Below the pieces are notes generated by a model, which saw only the letters and a program-made list of their open reading frames with translations, was not told the DNA's origin and ran no database searches. A stretch of DNA of 64,000 nucleotides from Clostridia bacterium. GTDB lineage: Bacteria > Bacillota > Clostridia > Oscillospirales > CAG-272. The stretch is from positions 1,579-65,578 of the forward strand of contig JAFTCN010000066.1 of NCBI GenBank assembly GCA_017454675.1. The letters are read 5' to 3'. This document shows, in pieces, positions 9,871 to 19,490 of this stretch; position 1 is the first letter of the stretch; every line of letters starts with the position of its first letter. A program made the position numbers and the translations under genes.

Positions 9871-11996
9871 CCCGTCCTGACGGAACGGCCGGCGGCGGGA
9901 TCCTCCGACGCGAGGTGACCGTCGCTTCGAACGCCGGATTCTGCTTCGGTGTGAGCAGGGCGTCGAGGCTGGTCGAGGCCGCAGTTCAGCGCTCGAAAAA
10001 AGACGGTACGGCTATTTACACGCTCGGAAAGCTCATACACAACAGCGAGTACACGTCGCGGCTGGAGGCCGCCGGTGTGCGTGCGGTCGGTACCGGAGAT
10101 CTTGAGACCGTCGCGGCTTCCTCATCGGAAAAAAGGCGCGCCGAGCTTTACGTCAGGGCCCACGGGATGACGGCGGAGACCGAGCGGGAACTCGTGCTTC
10201 TTTCCGAAAAATATCCTTATTTCAGTTTCGTCGACTGCACCTGCCCCTTCGTTAAGAAGGTCCATGCTGCGGCAGAGCACGGGGCGGGGGAGGACGGAGG
10301 ACAGGGAGAGACCGTGTTCATCCTCTCGGGCTCCCCGTCGCATCCCGAGGCAGTCGGCACCGTCAGCCGCTTCCACGGCCGCAGTTTCGTCTTCCGAACG
10401 GCGGAGGAGATTCAAAGTGCCGTACAGAGCGGAGAACTGCCCGTCGGGGAAGGGATAACGGCTCTGATAGCGGCTCAGACGACTCAAAGTGTGACGGAAT
10501 GGAGAAAATCTCTCGAATATCTCGAAAAACTGTATACAAAATACAGAGTTTTTGATACAATATGTAATGTTACGGAAAAAATGCAGGCTGAGGCGGCATC
10601 GCTCGCGGAAAAAAGCGACTTTGTTGTGGTCATCGGCGGACAGGACAGCTCTAATACTACTGAGCTTTTTGAGGTTTGCCGGGCGGGCTGCCCGGACACC
10701 GTCCGCGTCTCGAATGCCTCGCAGCTTGCAGGAAAGATTCCGTTTCACTGCCGCAGGGTGGGAATTGTCGCCGGAGCGTCAACCCCCGGCGACATAATAG
10801 AGGAGGTATACAAAACCATGAGCGAAGAAAACAAAGCGAAGATCGAAAGCTTTGAAGAGATGCTCGACTCAGCTTGCAAAACTTTAAATACAGGAGACAC
10901 CGTCACCGGAACAGTGATTGCCGTTAACGATCAGGAAATCAAACTTGATCTCGGCGCCAAAGTTACCGGGATACTGACCGCCGAACAGACAACAGACGAT
11001 GCTTCCGTGAAGCTGAGTTCTGAGTACAAAGTCGGTGACAGGATAGACGTTTTCGTTATCAGCGTCAGCGACATCGACGGATGTGCCCGCGTTTCAAAGA
11101 AACGCGCCGATCTCGACAAGAACTGGCACAAGGTGGTCGAGGCGAAGGAAACGGGAGAGACTCTCGAGGCCGTCGTTTCGGAAGCCGTAAAGGGCGGCGT
11201 GGTCATCAAGATCTACGGCGCCAGAGTCTTCGTGCCGGCGTCTCAGACGACGCTGCCGAGGGACGCCGATCTGTCGACTCTCGTCGGACAGACGGTGAAA
11301 TTCAAGGTGATCGAACTCAAGCAGGGAGGCGGCAAGGGAGCCGTCGGTTCGATCAGAGCCGCCGCGAGGGAAGAGCGCCGCGCTCTCGAGGACAAATTCT
11401 GGTCCGAGATCGAGGTCGGCAAGCATTATGAAGGTACCGTCAGAGGTCTTCTCGAGTACGGAGCCTTCATCGACCTGGGCGGAGTCGACGGCATGCTCCA
11501 CAAGAAGGAGATGTCCTGGAAGAGCATCCGCAGACCGGCCGACATCTTCTCGATAGGCGACAAAGTCGACGTCTTCGTGAAGAGCTACGACCCCGAGAAG
11601 CGCCAGATCTCCCTCGGCTACCGCACCGAGGAGTCGAGGCCCTGGAACAAGCTCAAGGCGGAGTTCGCCGAGGGCGACGTCATCGACGTCGTCGTATCGA
11701 GCATCATGAGTTACGGCGCCTTCGCGCACGTGACCGACGACATCGACGGCCTCATCCACATTTCGCAGCTCTCGACCGAGAGAGTGGCGAACGTGTCCGA
11801 CGTGCTGTCGGTCGGCCAGACAGTCAGAGTCAAGATCACAAAGATCGACGACGAACAGCAGCGCGTCTCGCTCTCGATCAGAGCTCTGCTCGAAGATGGC
11901 GAAGATGACCTTCCCGAAGAAGACGTGGAGGACGGCGACGGCGCAGAAGAAGACGCCGGAGAAGCCGCTCCGTCCGAAGGGGAAAGCGAGGAATGA
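9867..11996 (+). CDS. ispH: Bifunctional 4-hydroxy-3-methylbut-2-enyl diphosphate reductase (IspH/LytB) fused to four S1 RNA-binding repeats
   Basis: Start ATG 9867 overlaps the plsC stop (ATGA). The IspH-like half has conserved Cys contexts (GFCFGV, CTCPFV, DTICNVT). Four S1 repeats follow, e.g. GDTVTGTVIAVNDQEIKLDLG and GKHYEGTVRGLLEYGAFIDLGGVDGMLH. The tail is acidic. Confidence 0.85.
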   Translation: MTRPDGTAGGGILRREVTVASNAGFCFGVSRASRLVEAAVQRSKKDGTAIYTLGKLIHNSEYTSRLEAAGVRAVGTGDLETVAASSSEKRRAELYVRAHGMTAETERELVLLSEKYPYFSFVDCTCPFVKKVHAAAEHGAGEDGGQGETVFILSGSPSHPEAVGTVSRFHGRSFVFRTAEEIQSAVQSGELPVGEGITALIAAQTTQSVTEWRKSLEYLEKLYTKYRVFDTICNVTEKMQAEAASLAEKSDFVVVIGGQDSSNTTELFEVCRAGCPDTVRVSNASQLAGKIPFHCRRVGIVAGASTPGDIIEEVYKTMSEENKAKIESFEEMLDSACKTLNTGDTVTGTVIAVNDQEIKLDLGAKVTGILTAEQTTDDASVKLSSEYKVGDRIDVFVISVSDIDGCARVSKKRADLDKNWHKVVEAKETGETLEAVVSEAVKGGVVIKIYGARVFVPASQTTLPRDADLSTLVGQTVKFKVIELKQGGGKGAVGSIRAAAREERRALEDKFWSEIEVGKHYEGTVRGLLEYGAFIDLGGVDGMLHKKEMSWKSIRRPADIFSIGDKVDVFVKSYDPEKRQISLGYRTEESRPWNKLKAEFAEGDVIDVVVSSIMSYGAFAHVTDDIDGLIHISQLSTERVANVSDVLSVGQTVRVKITKIDDEQQRVSLSIRALLEDGEDDLPEEDVEDGDGAEEDAGEAAPSEGESEE

Positions 11997-12075
11997 CATC
12001 CTCCCGGCGCGACCTTCGCGCCGGCGGACGTTGATTTCTCTTGTCTGAAGGATCAGGGAGAGGTTGGGTGATTCC

Positions 12076-12900
12076 ATGTCGCAGAGATTCCCGGACCGCA
12101 GGGGTTACACGGTTTATATCGTAACTTCCACAAAAGGCGGTATAGGAAAATCCACGGTGTGCGCCAACCTCTCCCATGCTCTTTCTCTGCGGGGAAAGCG
12201 GGTGCTGTGTATCGACTGCGACTATTCGAACAGAGCTCTCGACCTGCTTTTCGGCTGCGAAGACAGAGCACTCTACAACATCTCCGATATCATAAACGGC
12301 ATATGCACACCGGCCGACGCGGCAGTTGAAGCGCGCCGGGTACCGGACGGCGGGGCGCTGTATCTCATACCCGGTCCCGATCCGGGAAGCGAGATACCCC
12401 CGCCTGAGCGGCTGTCGGATGCCGTCTTTGCCGCGGCGAAGGCGCTGTCGTGCGACTTTGTCATGATAGACACCCCCGGTGTATCGGGAGGGATCCTCAC
12501 AGCCGTATGCAGATTTGCCGACAGGGCGCTCATCACGGTGTCGCACGGCCCTGCATCGGTCAGGGCGGCGGAGAAGACAGGGTATCTGCTTGAGGCCGAA
12601 GGGGTTTGCAATCAGAAACTCGTCATCAACCGCTTCGACACCGGAAACGGTATAAAGAACGGACGTCAGGGAATACGGTCGCTCATAGAAAACACCCACA
12701 TACCCCTCATTGGAGTGGTGCCCGATTCCCCCGCGCTCGAGCGCGGGTCCGAGGCCGGGCTGCTCTCGACCGAGATACGCGGAGCACGGAAGACTGCCGG
12801 CGTCGCTTTCGGCGAGATCGCCGGACGGATCTGCGGGGAGCGCGTGCCGCTGCTGTCCTTCCTTCCCGCCGGAAAGAGGAGACGGCTCATCGAGTCATAA
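12076..12900 (+). CDS. MinD/ParA-family P-loop ATPase (orphan, no minC/minE adjacent)
   Basis: Deviant Walker A TSTKGGIGKST. Collinear with MinD blocks (CDYSNRALDLLFGCE, MIDTPGV, IGVVPDS). ATG 12076 is preferred over TTG 12064 because GGGAGAGG lies upstream. Confidence 0.75.
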   Translation: MSQRFPDRRGYTVYIVTSTKGGIGKSTVCANLSHALSLRGKRVLCIDCDYSNRALDLLFGCEDRALYNISDIINGICTPADAAVEARRVPDGGALYLIPGPDPGSEIPPPERLSDAVFAAAKALSCDFVMIDTPGVSGGILTAVCRFADRALITVSHGPASVRAAEKTGYLLEAEGVCNQKLVINRFDTGNGIKNGRQGIRSLIENTHIPLIGVVPDSPALERGSEAGLLSTEIRGARKTAGVAFGEIAGRICGERVPLLSFLPAGKRRRLIES

Positions 12901-12926
12901 AACAGAAAGACTGCTGAAACAGAAAA

Positions 12927-13346
12927 ATGAAACTTGCAATCATCGCACACGATTCGAAAAAGGAACTGCTGGCCCAGTTCTGCAGCGCGTATTGCGGGAT
13001 ACTCAGCCAGCACACGATCTGCGCCACCAGCGTGACGGCAAAGTATATCGTCGAGGCTACGGGACTCGAGGTGGACGAACTCATGTCGGGCGAATCCGGA
13101 GGCAACGAACAGATCGCCCAGCGGATCGCATACGACGAGATAGATATGCTCATAGCCTTCCGCGAGACTTCTCCGTCGGTGCTCGACGACATCTCGCTGA
13201 ACGAGTGCCTGCGGCTTTGCGACTACAACAACATCCCGTACGCGACGAATCTCGGCACGGCCGAGGCTCTCATCATCGCGCTCGGGCGCGGCGATATCGA
13301 CTGGCGCAAGTACAGAAGGATAAAGCCCGCGGGCCTTCAGTTCTGA
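12927..13346 (+). CDS. Methylglyoxal synthase-like (MGS fold) protein with substituted catalytic residues
   Basis: 139 aa, collinear with MgsA (IAHDSKK, ATS.TA, SG.SGG, NIPYATN). See the findings for the substituted residues. Confidence 0.7.
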   Translation: MKLAIIAHDSKKELLAQFCSAYCGILSQHTICATSVTAKYIVEATGLEVDELMSGESGGNEQIAQRIAYDEIDMLIAFRETSPSVLDDISLNECLRLCDYNNIPYATNLGTAEALIIALGRGDIDWRKYRRIKPAGLQF

Positions 13347-13384
13347 GAAACACCGACCGATCTCATACAAGGCTGGTTCCTGAT

Positions 13385-15121
13385 TTGAAATCTCTTGTAA
13401 AATATATAGGAAAATACAAAAAAGAGGCTGTCGCGGCGCCCTTCCTCAAACTGGCGGAGGCGCTGCTGGAACTCTGCATACCGCTTTTTGTGGCTAATAT
13501 CATCGATGCCGGCACGGGGCCGTCCGCTAAAAGAGTCATTTTGCTGAACTGCTTGTATATGGCTCTTTTCGGCCTTGCCGGCATGCTTTTTTCGGTATTC
13601 TCGCAGTATCTCTCGTCGCGCGCGGCGGTCGGTTTTTCGACCGGCCTGCGGGCGGACGTCTTCCGCAGGGTGCTTGAGCTGCCGGTGCCCGACGCCGACA
13701 GCTTTGGAAATTCGAGGATACTTGCGAGGCTCACGTCGGATATAGACAGGATACAGAACGGCGTGAATCTGGGGCTGCGGCTACTGCTCCGCTCGCCGTT
13801 CATAGTGTTCGGCTCTGTCATCATGGCGTCGGTCCGCGATCCGAAGTCGTCTGTCATCTTCATCGCGGCGGTCCCCGTGCTCGCGGCCGTGGTCTTCGCG
13901 GTGATGCTCATCGGGAACCCGCTCCAGAAGAAGGCGGGAGAGAAGGTCGAGGCGCTGACCGTACGGACATCGGACAACATCACCGGTGTCCGCGTCATAA
14001 GGGCTTTTTCGGCTGAAAAGCGGCAGAATGAAGCGTTTTCGTCCGAAAACGAGGCCGCGTCGCGCGCCGTCATACTGGCGGGCAGAGTGACGTCGCTCCT
14101 CAATCCCCTGACTTTTGTAATAGTCAATTTCGCCGTCATACTCATCATCCGCTCGGGGGCGGCCGGAGTGGACTCCGGCAGGATCTCGCAGGGGACCGTC
14201 GTGGCCCTGTACAACTACATGGCCCAGATACTGACCGAGCTCGTGAAACTCGCGAGCCTGATCATCACACTGACGCGCACCTCGGCATCCGCCGACAGGG
14301 TAAGGGAGATCATCGAACTTTCAGACAGCATAAGGCCGGAGGCGAAAGAGACGGCCGGGTCTCCATCAGAGGCGGACCGGCCGTACGCGGTCGAGTTCGA
14401 GGACGTGTCGTTCAGGTATCCCGGAGCGTCGGGCGACGCCCTGAGCTCGGTCTCGTTCAGGCTGCCGGCAGGCGGAAGTCTCGGCGTCATCGGAGGCACG
14501 GGTTCGGGCAAATCGACGCTCGCGCTGCTCGTACCCGGGATATACAGACAGACTTCGGGGAGGATCAGAGTGTTCGGCGAGGAATACGGCCCCGGAAACG
14601 CCGTCAGGATAAGAAAGCGGATCGGTTTCGTCCCGCAGAAGGCGAAGCTGTTCTGCGGGAGCGTCGCGGAGAATGTCTCATGGGGCGGCGCGGCTGACGG
14701 CGGAGACATAGACGCCGCCCTCCGCACGGCTTCGGCATACGGTTTCGTCGCCGCAAAACCCGGCGGAAAGGACACGGCCGTCGAGCGCGACGGGAGCAAT
14801 TTCTCAGGCGGCCAGCGGCAGAGGCTCACGATAGCCAGGGCTCTCTCAGGGAATCCCGACCTCCTTGTCCTCGACGACTCCTTCTCGGCGCTCGACTACA
14901 AGACCGACCTTGAAGTCAGACGCGGGATCGCCTCTGCCGGCGGACGGCCGGCCAGGATCATCATAACCCAGCGGCCTTCGTCGGTAATGGACTGCGACGC
15001 GATCCTGGTGCTCGACAACGGAAGCTGCGCGGGATACGGAACGCACGCGGAACTCATGGAGACGTGCCCGCTCTACCGCGAGATATACGCGTCCCAGTAC
15101 GGAGGTGATGCGCTGCTATGA
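13385..15121 (+). CDS. ABC exporter, fused permease/ATP-binding subunit (heterodimer partner 1)
   Basis: The track ORF 12710..15121 overlaps the MGS-like gene, so I start it at in-frame TTG 13385 (LKSLVKYIGKYKKE). It has a six-TM-type N-half, Walker A GGTGSGKST, signature FSGGQRQRLTIARA and Walker B LLVLDDSFSALD. Confidence 0.8.
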   Translation: MKSLVKYIGKYKKEAVAAPFLKLAEALLELCIPLFVANIIDAGTGPSAKRVILLNCLYMALFGLAGMLFSVFSQYLSSRAAVGFSTGLRADVFRRVLELPVPDADSFGNSRILARLTSDIDRIQNGVNLGLRLLLRSPFIVFGSVIMASVRDPKSSVIFIAAVPVLAAVVFAVMLIGNPLQKKAGEKVEALTVRTSDNITGVRVIRAFSAEKRQNEAFSSENEAASRAVILAGRVTSLLNPLTFVIVNFAVILIIRSGAAGVDSGRISQGTVVALYNYMAQILTELVKLASLIITLTRTSASADRVREIIELSDSIRPEAKETAGSPSEADRPYAVEFEDVSFRYPGASGDALSSVSFRLPAGGSLGVIGGTGSGKSTLALLVPGIYRQTSGRIRVFGEEYGPGNAVRIRKRIGFVPQKAKLFCGSVAENVSWGGAADGGDIDAALRTASAYGFVAAKPGGKDTAVERDGSNFSGGQRQRLTIARALSGNPDLLVLDDSFSALDYKTDLEVRRGIASAGGRPARIIITQRPSSVMDCDAILVLDNGSCAGYGTHAELMETCPLYREIYASQYGGDALL

Positions 15122-16929
15122 AGAAGAAACATCCGTACACGCAAAACGGCCGGAACGCGCCGGAGAATAAGCGCGGGGCGGGTCTCCGCGTGCTCCGCAG
15201 GCTGCTTTCGTTCGCCGGCGGCAGCGGATGGCTGCTCATCGCCGGATTCGTACTCGCGCTCGTGTTCTCGCTGCTGTCGCACATGATCCCCGTGAAGATC
15301 GCCGATGCCATAGATCTTGCCGCGGGCGAGGGGAATGTCGACACCCCGGCGATCATCCGCATCCTCGCGTCGCTGCCGCTGCTCATCGGCATATCGGCGC
15401 TTTCTGATCTGCTTCTGCGGTTCGTCGGCACACGCTGCGGGACCGCGATCGTGAAGAAGATGCGCGCCTCCGCCTTCGCGAAGCTGCAGAGGCTGCCCGT
15501 ATCATATATCGACGGACACAGCAGGGGAGACCTTATCTCGCGCGTGATCACCGACTCCGACAGGCTGTCCGACGGCCTTCTCACCGGCATCGTCTCGATC
15601 TACTCGAGCGTGCTCGGGATAGCGGTGACTCTCGTGTTCATGGCGGTGATCGATCCCGTCGTCGCTGCCGTGGTGGTTGTGCTGACGCCGTTCTCGATGC
15701 TCGTGGCCTCGTTCATATCGGGCAGGACGTTCAAACTCTTCAAAAAGAGCGCGGAACTCGCCGCCGCCGAAACGTCTGTCATCGAGGAATCGGTCAGCGG
15801 AAAGCTCGAAGTAAAGCTCTTCGGGAAAGAGGACGACAGATACGAAAAATTCGCGAAGATCAACGAGGAATACAGAAAGACGGCCTCGTCAGCGGTCTTC
15901 TTCTCGTCGCTCACCAACCCTGTGACTCGCTTCGTCAACAGCATTGTATATGTCGGGGTCGCTCTTGCGGCCGGGCTGATGACGGCGACGGGAAGGCTGG
16001 GAGTGGCAGGTCTCACCGTACTGCTCACCTTCTCGAGGGAATACGCCAAGCCCTTCAACGACCTCTCGGGCGTGCTCGCGGAGGCGCAGAACGCTCTTGC
16101 GTCCGCGGTCAGGATATTCGAATTTCTCGACGCTCCCGAGGAGCCCGTGGAGCCGGCCGACATACCGGCCGTTACCGACGGCGACAGAAAGGGAAGAGTC
16201 GAGGCGGAGAAAGTCGCCTTCTCGTACACAGGGCGGCCGTTCATGGAGGACATAAGCTTCTCCGCCGGCCGCGGGATGAAAGTGGCGATCGTCGGCCCCA
16301 CCGGCTGCGGGAAGACCACGCTCGTGAACCTGTTCATGCGCTTCTATTCTCCGTCATCCGGCGATATCAGGGTGGGGGAGAAAAGCATACTCCGCTCGAG
16401 CGTCGAAAGCGTGAGGGCGTCATTCGGGATGGTGCTGCAGGACACCTGGCTGTCTTCGGGAACGGTGAGAGAGAACCTGACTCTAGGCCGTCCCGGTGTC
16501 ACCGAAGAAGAGATACGCGAGGCGTGCCGCCTTGCTCACGCCGATTCTTTCATCAGCCGTCTGCCGCGCGGCTACGACACTCCGCTCGGCGATTCGGGGA
16601 CACTGCTGTCGGCCGGGGAGAGACAGCTCCTGTGCATTGCCAGAGTTATGATCTGCCCGCCGCCGCTGCTCATTCTCGACGAGGCGACGTCGTCGATCGA
16701 CACGATGACGGAGATGAGGATCCAGGACGCCTTCTCGAAACTCATGAAGGGCAGGACGTCGTTCATCGTCGCTCACAGGCTCGGAACGATAAAGAACGCC
16801 GACCTCATACTAGTTATGAATGACGGGCATATAATCGAACAGGGGACGCATGACGCCCTTATGAGTTCGCGCGGCTTCTATTTCGACCTCTATTCTGCCC
16901 AGTTCGAAGGGCTCGAAGGCCGGGCCTGA
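15118..16929 (+). CDS. ABC exporter, fused permease/ATP-binding subunit (heterodimer partner 2)
   Basis: ATGA overlap with the upstream ABC gene. GPTGCGKTT, LSAGERQLLCIARV and LLILDEATSSID motifs. Confidence 0.85.
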   Translation: MKKKHPYTQNGRNAPENKRGAGLRVLRRLLSFAGGSGWLLIAGFVLALVFSLLSHMIPVKIADAIDLAAGEGNVDTPAIIRILASLPLLIGISALSDLLLRFVGTRCGTAIVKKMRASAFAKLQRLPVSYIDGHSRGDLISRVITDSDRLSDGLLTGIVSIYSSVLGIAVTLVFMAVIDPVVAAVVVVLTPFSMLVASFISGRTFKLFKKSAELAAAETSVIEESVSGKLEVKLFGKEDDRYEKFAKINEEYRKTASSAVFFSSLTNPVTRFVNSIVYVGVALAAGLMTATGRLGVAGLTVLLTFSREYAKPFNDLSGVLAEAQNALASAVRIFEFLDAPEEPVEPADIPAVTDGDRKGRVEAEKVAFSYTGRPFMEDISFSAGRGMKVAIVGPTGCGKTTLVNLFMRFYSPSSGDIRVGEKSILRSSVESVRASFGMVLQDTWLSSGTVRENLTLGRPGVTEEEIREACRLAHADSFISRLPRGYDTPLGDSGTLLSAGERQLLCIARVMICPPPLLILDEATSSIDTMTEMRIQDAFSKLMKGRTSFIVAHRLGTIKNADLILVMNDGHIIEQGTHDALMSSRGFYFDLYSAQFEGLEGRA

Positions 16930-16969
16930 CCCTTTCTCCGGATTTATTCGACTTTTCCCAAAAAATAAC

Positions 16970-16998
16970 TTGCATTTTTCGGGCGCTTATTGTATAAT
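16970..16998 (+). promoter_or_regulatory. Promoter of tRNA-Thr
   Basis: TTGCAT-17 nt-TATAAT, about 50 nt upstream of the tRNA. Confidence 0.6.
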
Positions 16999-17049
16999 AT
17001 TCCCGTTGCGGCGAAGACGATGTCTCTGCCGCCGCGGGGCGCCCGTTCT

Positions 17050-17122
17050 GCTGGTATGGCTCAGTTGGTAGAGCAGTTGATTCGTAATCAACAGGTCGTG
17101 GGTTCGAATCCCACTACCAGCT
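17050..17122 (+). tRNA. tRNA-Thr (anticodon CGT)
   Basis: Hand-folded cloverleaf. Acceptor GCTGGTA/TACCAGC, D arm GCTC-AGTTGGTA-GAGC, anticodon arm GTTGA-TTCGTAA-TCAAC, T arm GTGGG-TTCGAAT-CCCAC, discriminator T. No CCA is encoded. Confidence 0.9.
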
Positions 17123-17148
17123 CCGCACAGGGCGAACCGCCCGATATC

Positions 17149-17196
17149 GCGGGACTGCCGTTAACCTGTTTACGGGTTTCGGCGGCCCCGCTTTTT
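17149..17196 (+). terminator. Intrinsic terminator after tRNA-Thr
   Basis: GCGGGACTGCCG...CGGCGGCCCCGC stem with one mismatch, followed by TTTTT. Confidence 0.6.
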
Positions 17197-17257
17197 CAGT
17201 CCGTGCGAGGGCGTCCCGCCTCAGTCCCGCATTTTTTGTGTTCTTTTCCGTTTTTAC

Positions 17258-17286
17258 TTGCTTTTCACCGGATTTTAATGTATAAT
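17258..17286 (+). promoter_or_regulatory. Promoter of galU
   Basis: TTGCTT-17 nt-TATAAT. Confidence 0.5.
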
Positions 17287-17360
17287 AAGATGATATACTG
17301 CAAAAGTATACTTGATACTGTATATTTTGCCTGTGACAGGAAAAGAGAGGGCTTTTTCAA

Positions 17361-18302
17361 GTGGATACCTTAAAAAATGAAACATATGCGCCGGTAAGGA
17401 AGGCCGTCATACCCGCGGCCGGGCTCGGCACCAGGATGCTGCCGATTGCAAGAGCCGTCCCCAAGGAGATGCTGCCGATCGCCGACAGGCCGGCCATGGC
17501 GTATCTGGTGGAGGAATGCGCCGCCAGCGGGATCACCGACGTGCTGATAATCACCGGACGCGGCAAGGAAGCCATAGAGGACTATTTCGACTACTCGCCC
17601 GAATACGAGGCCGCCTTCGTCAAAAAAGGCAGGGCGGAGAAGATATCGGGAATGCGCGGCGACGCCGCTCCCGGCGGCATAAGAGTTTATTTTGTCCGCC
17701 AGAAGGAGGCGCTGGGACTCGGTCACGCGATACTGTGCGCCGAGAATTTCGTCGGCGGCGAGCCCTTCGCCGTTCTCTACGGCGACGACATAATCACTTC
17801 GGACAGATGTCCTGTCACGAAGCAGCTGATCGACAGCTACATGCGCTACGGCAGACCGGTATGCGGGGTCGGGCGGGTCGACGCCGAACAGATAAAGAAA
17901 TACTGTTCGCTCAAGGCCGAGCCGATAGAGGGCGGCTTCGAAGGCAGAGAGTATTTCGTCGACGACATGATCGAAAAACCGCAGAGACCGGAGCAGGTCT
18001 TCACGAATCTGTCGATCCTCGGCAGGGTGCTCCTCACGCCGGAGATCTTCGGGATACTGAAGGAGACTCCTCCCGGAGCCGGAGGCGAGATCCAGCTGAC
18101 CGACGCCATCGCCAGCTACGCAAGGGAGAAGGGCGTCACGGCGCTCGAGTTCGACGGCCGCCGCTACGACATCGGCTCGAAGCTCGGGTTTCTCGGTGCG
18201 AACCTCGTGTTCGGATGCGCGCATCCCGAGGTCGGAGAGGCTTTTTCTGAGCTCGTGATCGAATACGCGGAAGAGCTGCGCAGAAAAAAGGAAATGAATT
18301 GA
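17361..18302 (+). CDS. galU: UTP--glucose-1-phosphate uridylyltransferase
   Basis: PAAGLGTRMLP nucleotidyltransferase motif followed by KEMLPI and LGLGHA. GTG start. Confidence 0.85.
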   Translation: MDTLKNETYAPVRKAVIPAAGLGTRMLPIARAVPKEMLPIADRPAMAYLVEECAASGITDVLIITGRGKEAIEDYFDYSPEYEAAFVKKGRAEKISGMRGDAAPGGIRVYFVRQKEALGLGHAILCAENFVGGEPFAVLYGDDIITSDRCPVTKQLIDSYMRYGRPVCGVGRVDAEQIKKYCSLKAEPIEGGFEGREYFVDDMIEKPQRPEQVFTNLSILGRVLLTPEIFGILKETPPGAGGEIQLTDAIASYAREKGVTALEFDGRRYDIGSKLGFLGANLVFGCAHPEVGEAFSELVIEYAEELRRKKEMN

Positions 18303-18321
18303 CGAAAGGCGGAAAAGTGCC

Positions 18322-18813
18322 GTGGGCGAAAGGGTTTCAAAAGAAAACTACTATCTCGACATAGCCGAGACTGTCTCCGAGCGCAGCACATGCCTGCGCC
18401 GCCGTTTCGGAGCGCTGATCGTCAAGAACGACGTTATCATTTCCACCGGATACAACGGAGCCCCCAGAGGAAGAAAGAACTGCTCCGACCTCGGGTTCTG
18501 CTACCGCGAACACCTCGGCATCCCGCGCGGGGAGCGTTATGAGATGTGCAGATCGGTGCATGCCGAGGCCAATGCCGTCATCGCTGCCGACCACGACCTG
18601 ATGATAGGCTCGACGCTCTATCTCTGCTGCACCTCACCCGACACCGGAGACGTCATGCCCGGTACGACCTGCTGCATGATGTGCAAAAAGCTGGTCATCA
18701 ACGCCGGCATTTCCAAGGTCGTCGTCCGCGACGACAAAGAGAACTTCCGCGAGATAGACGTCTCCGACTGGGTAGCCGACGACGACTCTCTCAGCGGAAG
18801 ATTCGGATACTGA
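18322..18813 (+). CDS. Deoxycytidylate (dCMP) deaminase, ComEB-like zinc deaminase
   Basis: VHAEANAV zinc/catalytic motif and C-x2-C (CCMMCKKLVINAGI). 163 aa, GTG start. Confidence 0.8.
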   Translation: MGERVSKENYYLDIAETVSERSTCLRRRFGALIVKNDVIISTGYNGAPRGRKNCSDLGFCYREHLGIPRGERYEMCRSVHAEANAVIAADHDLMIGSTLYLCCTSPDTGDVMPGTTCCMMCKKLVINAGISKVVVRDDKENFREIDVSDWVADDDSLSGRFGY

Positions 18814-18851
18814 TCGGGCGATCGGCCGATATACCGGAGGGATAACACATT

Positions 18852-19490
18852 ATGGACCGTAAAAAGACTCTGATCAGGGCAGCGGCGCTCGCGCTCGCTC
18901 TCCTCGTTCTCCTGCCGTTCTGCGGATGCGGAAACAGGCTGAAATTCTCAAAGGGCGGGCTTACCGACACAAAGAAGGGCATCACATACAGGTTCGTATC
19001 CGGATGCTACTTCCCGAAGGCGGTCTCGGAAGAGGTCTACGCCACTTTCAAGCACGGCGACGTATCTCTCGACTATTTCCCGATCGAGGGGCTCTCCCCC
19101 GAGGAATGGCTGGTTTCCGAGACCGGAGATGTAGTGTATTCGGGCAGCGACAGACTTCCCGATCTGAAGGAATTCGGCGCCGAGAGCATGCTGATCTGCT
19201 ACAATTCAGAGGTGATAATCTCGTTCGCCGAGATCACCGACCCCGGATTCATATCGGAGGTGATAGACGCGTATTACGCGGAAGGGGAGCCGAAGTCTCC
19301 GAATTACGACTCGAACACCTACCGCCTGATGTTCTCGTCGCCCAAATACCCGGCTCTGTACTACATGCTGTATCTCGTCTCGTACGAGGGGGGGACGCTG
19401 CTGTGCGAGTCCGGAAGGACCGGAGTGGACGCCGGAACGCTTTTCGACGACTACATCGAGGATTATGTATACCCGGAGGACAGTCAATGA
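18852..19490 (+). CDS. Hypothetical lipoprotein
   Basis: N-terminal signal peptide with a lipobox-like LLPFCGC. No recognisable catalytic motif. Confidence 0.6.
   Translation: MDRKKTLIRAAALALALLVLLPFCGCGNRLKFSKGGLTDTKKGITYRFVSGCYFPKAVSEEVYATFKHGDVSLDYFPIEGLSPEEWLVSETGDVVYSGSDRLPDLKEFGAESMLICYNSEVIISFAEITDPGFISEVIDAYYAEGEPKSPNYDSNTYRLMFSSPKYPALYYMLYLVSYEGGTLLCESGRTGVDAGTLFDDYIEDYVYPEDSQ

Noticed and set aside
9867-11996. The IspH-ribosomal protein S1 fusion as a novel architecture.
   Set aside because: To my knowledge this fusion is a well-known feature of many Clostridia, so it is recorded as a feature only.
12710-13384. N-terminal 225 codons of track ORF 12710..15121.
   Set aside because: This part overlaps the MinD-like and MGS-like genes in another frame and is Arg/Pro-rich nonsense. 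The ABC exporter sequence begins at TTG 13385.
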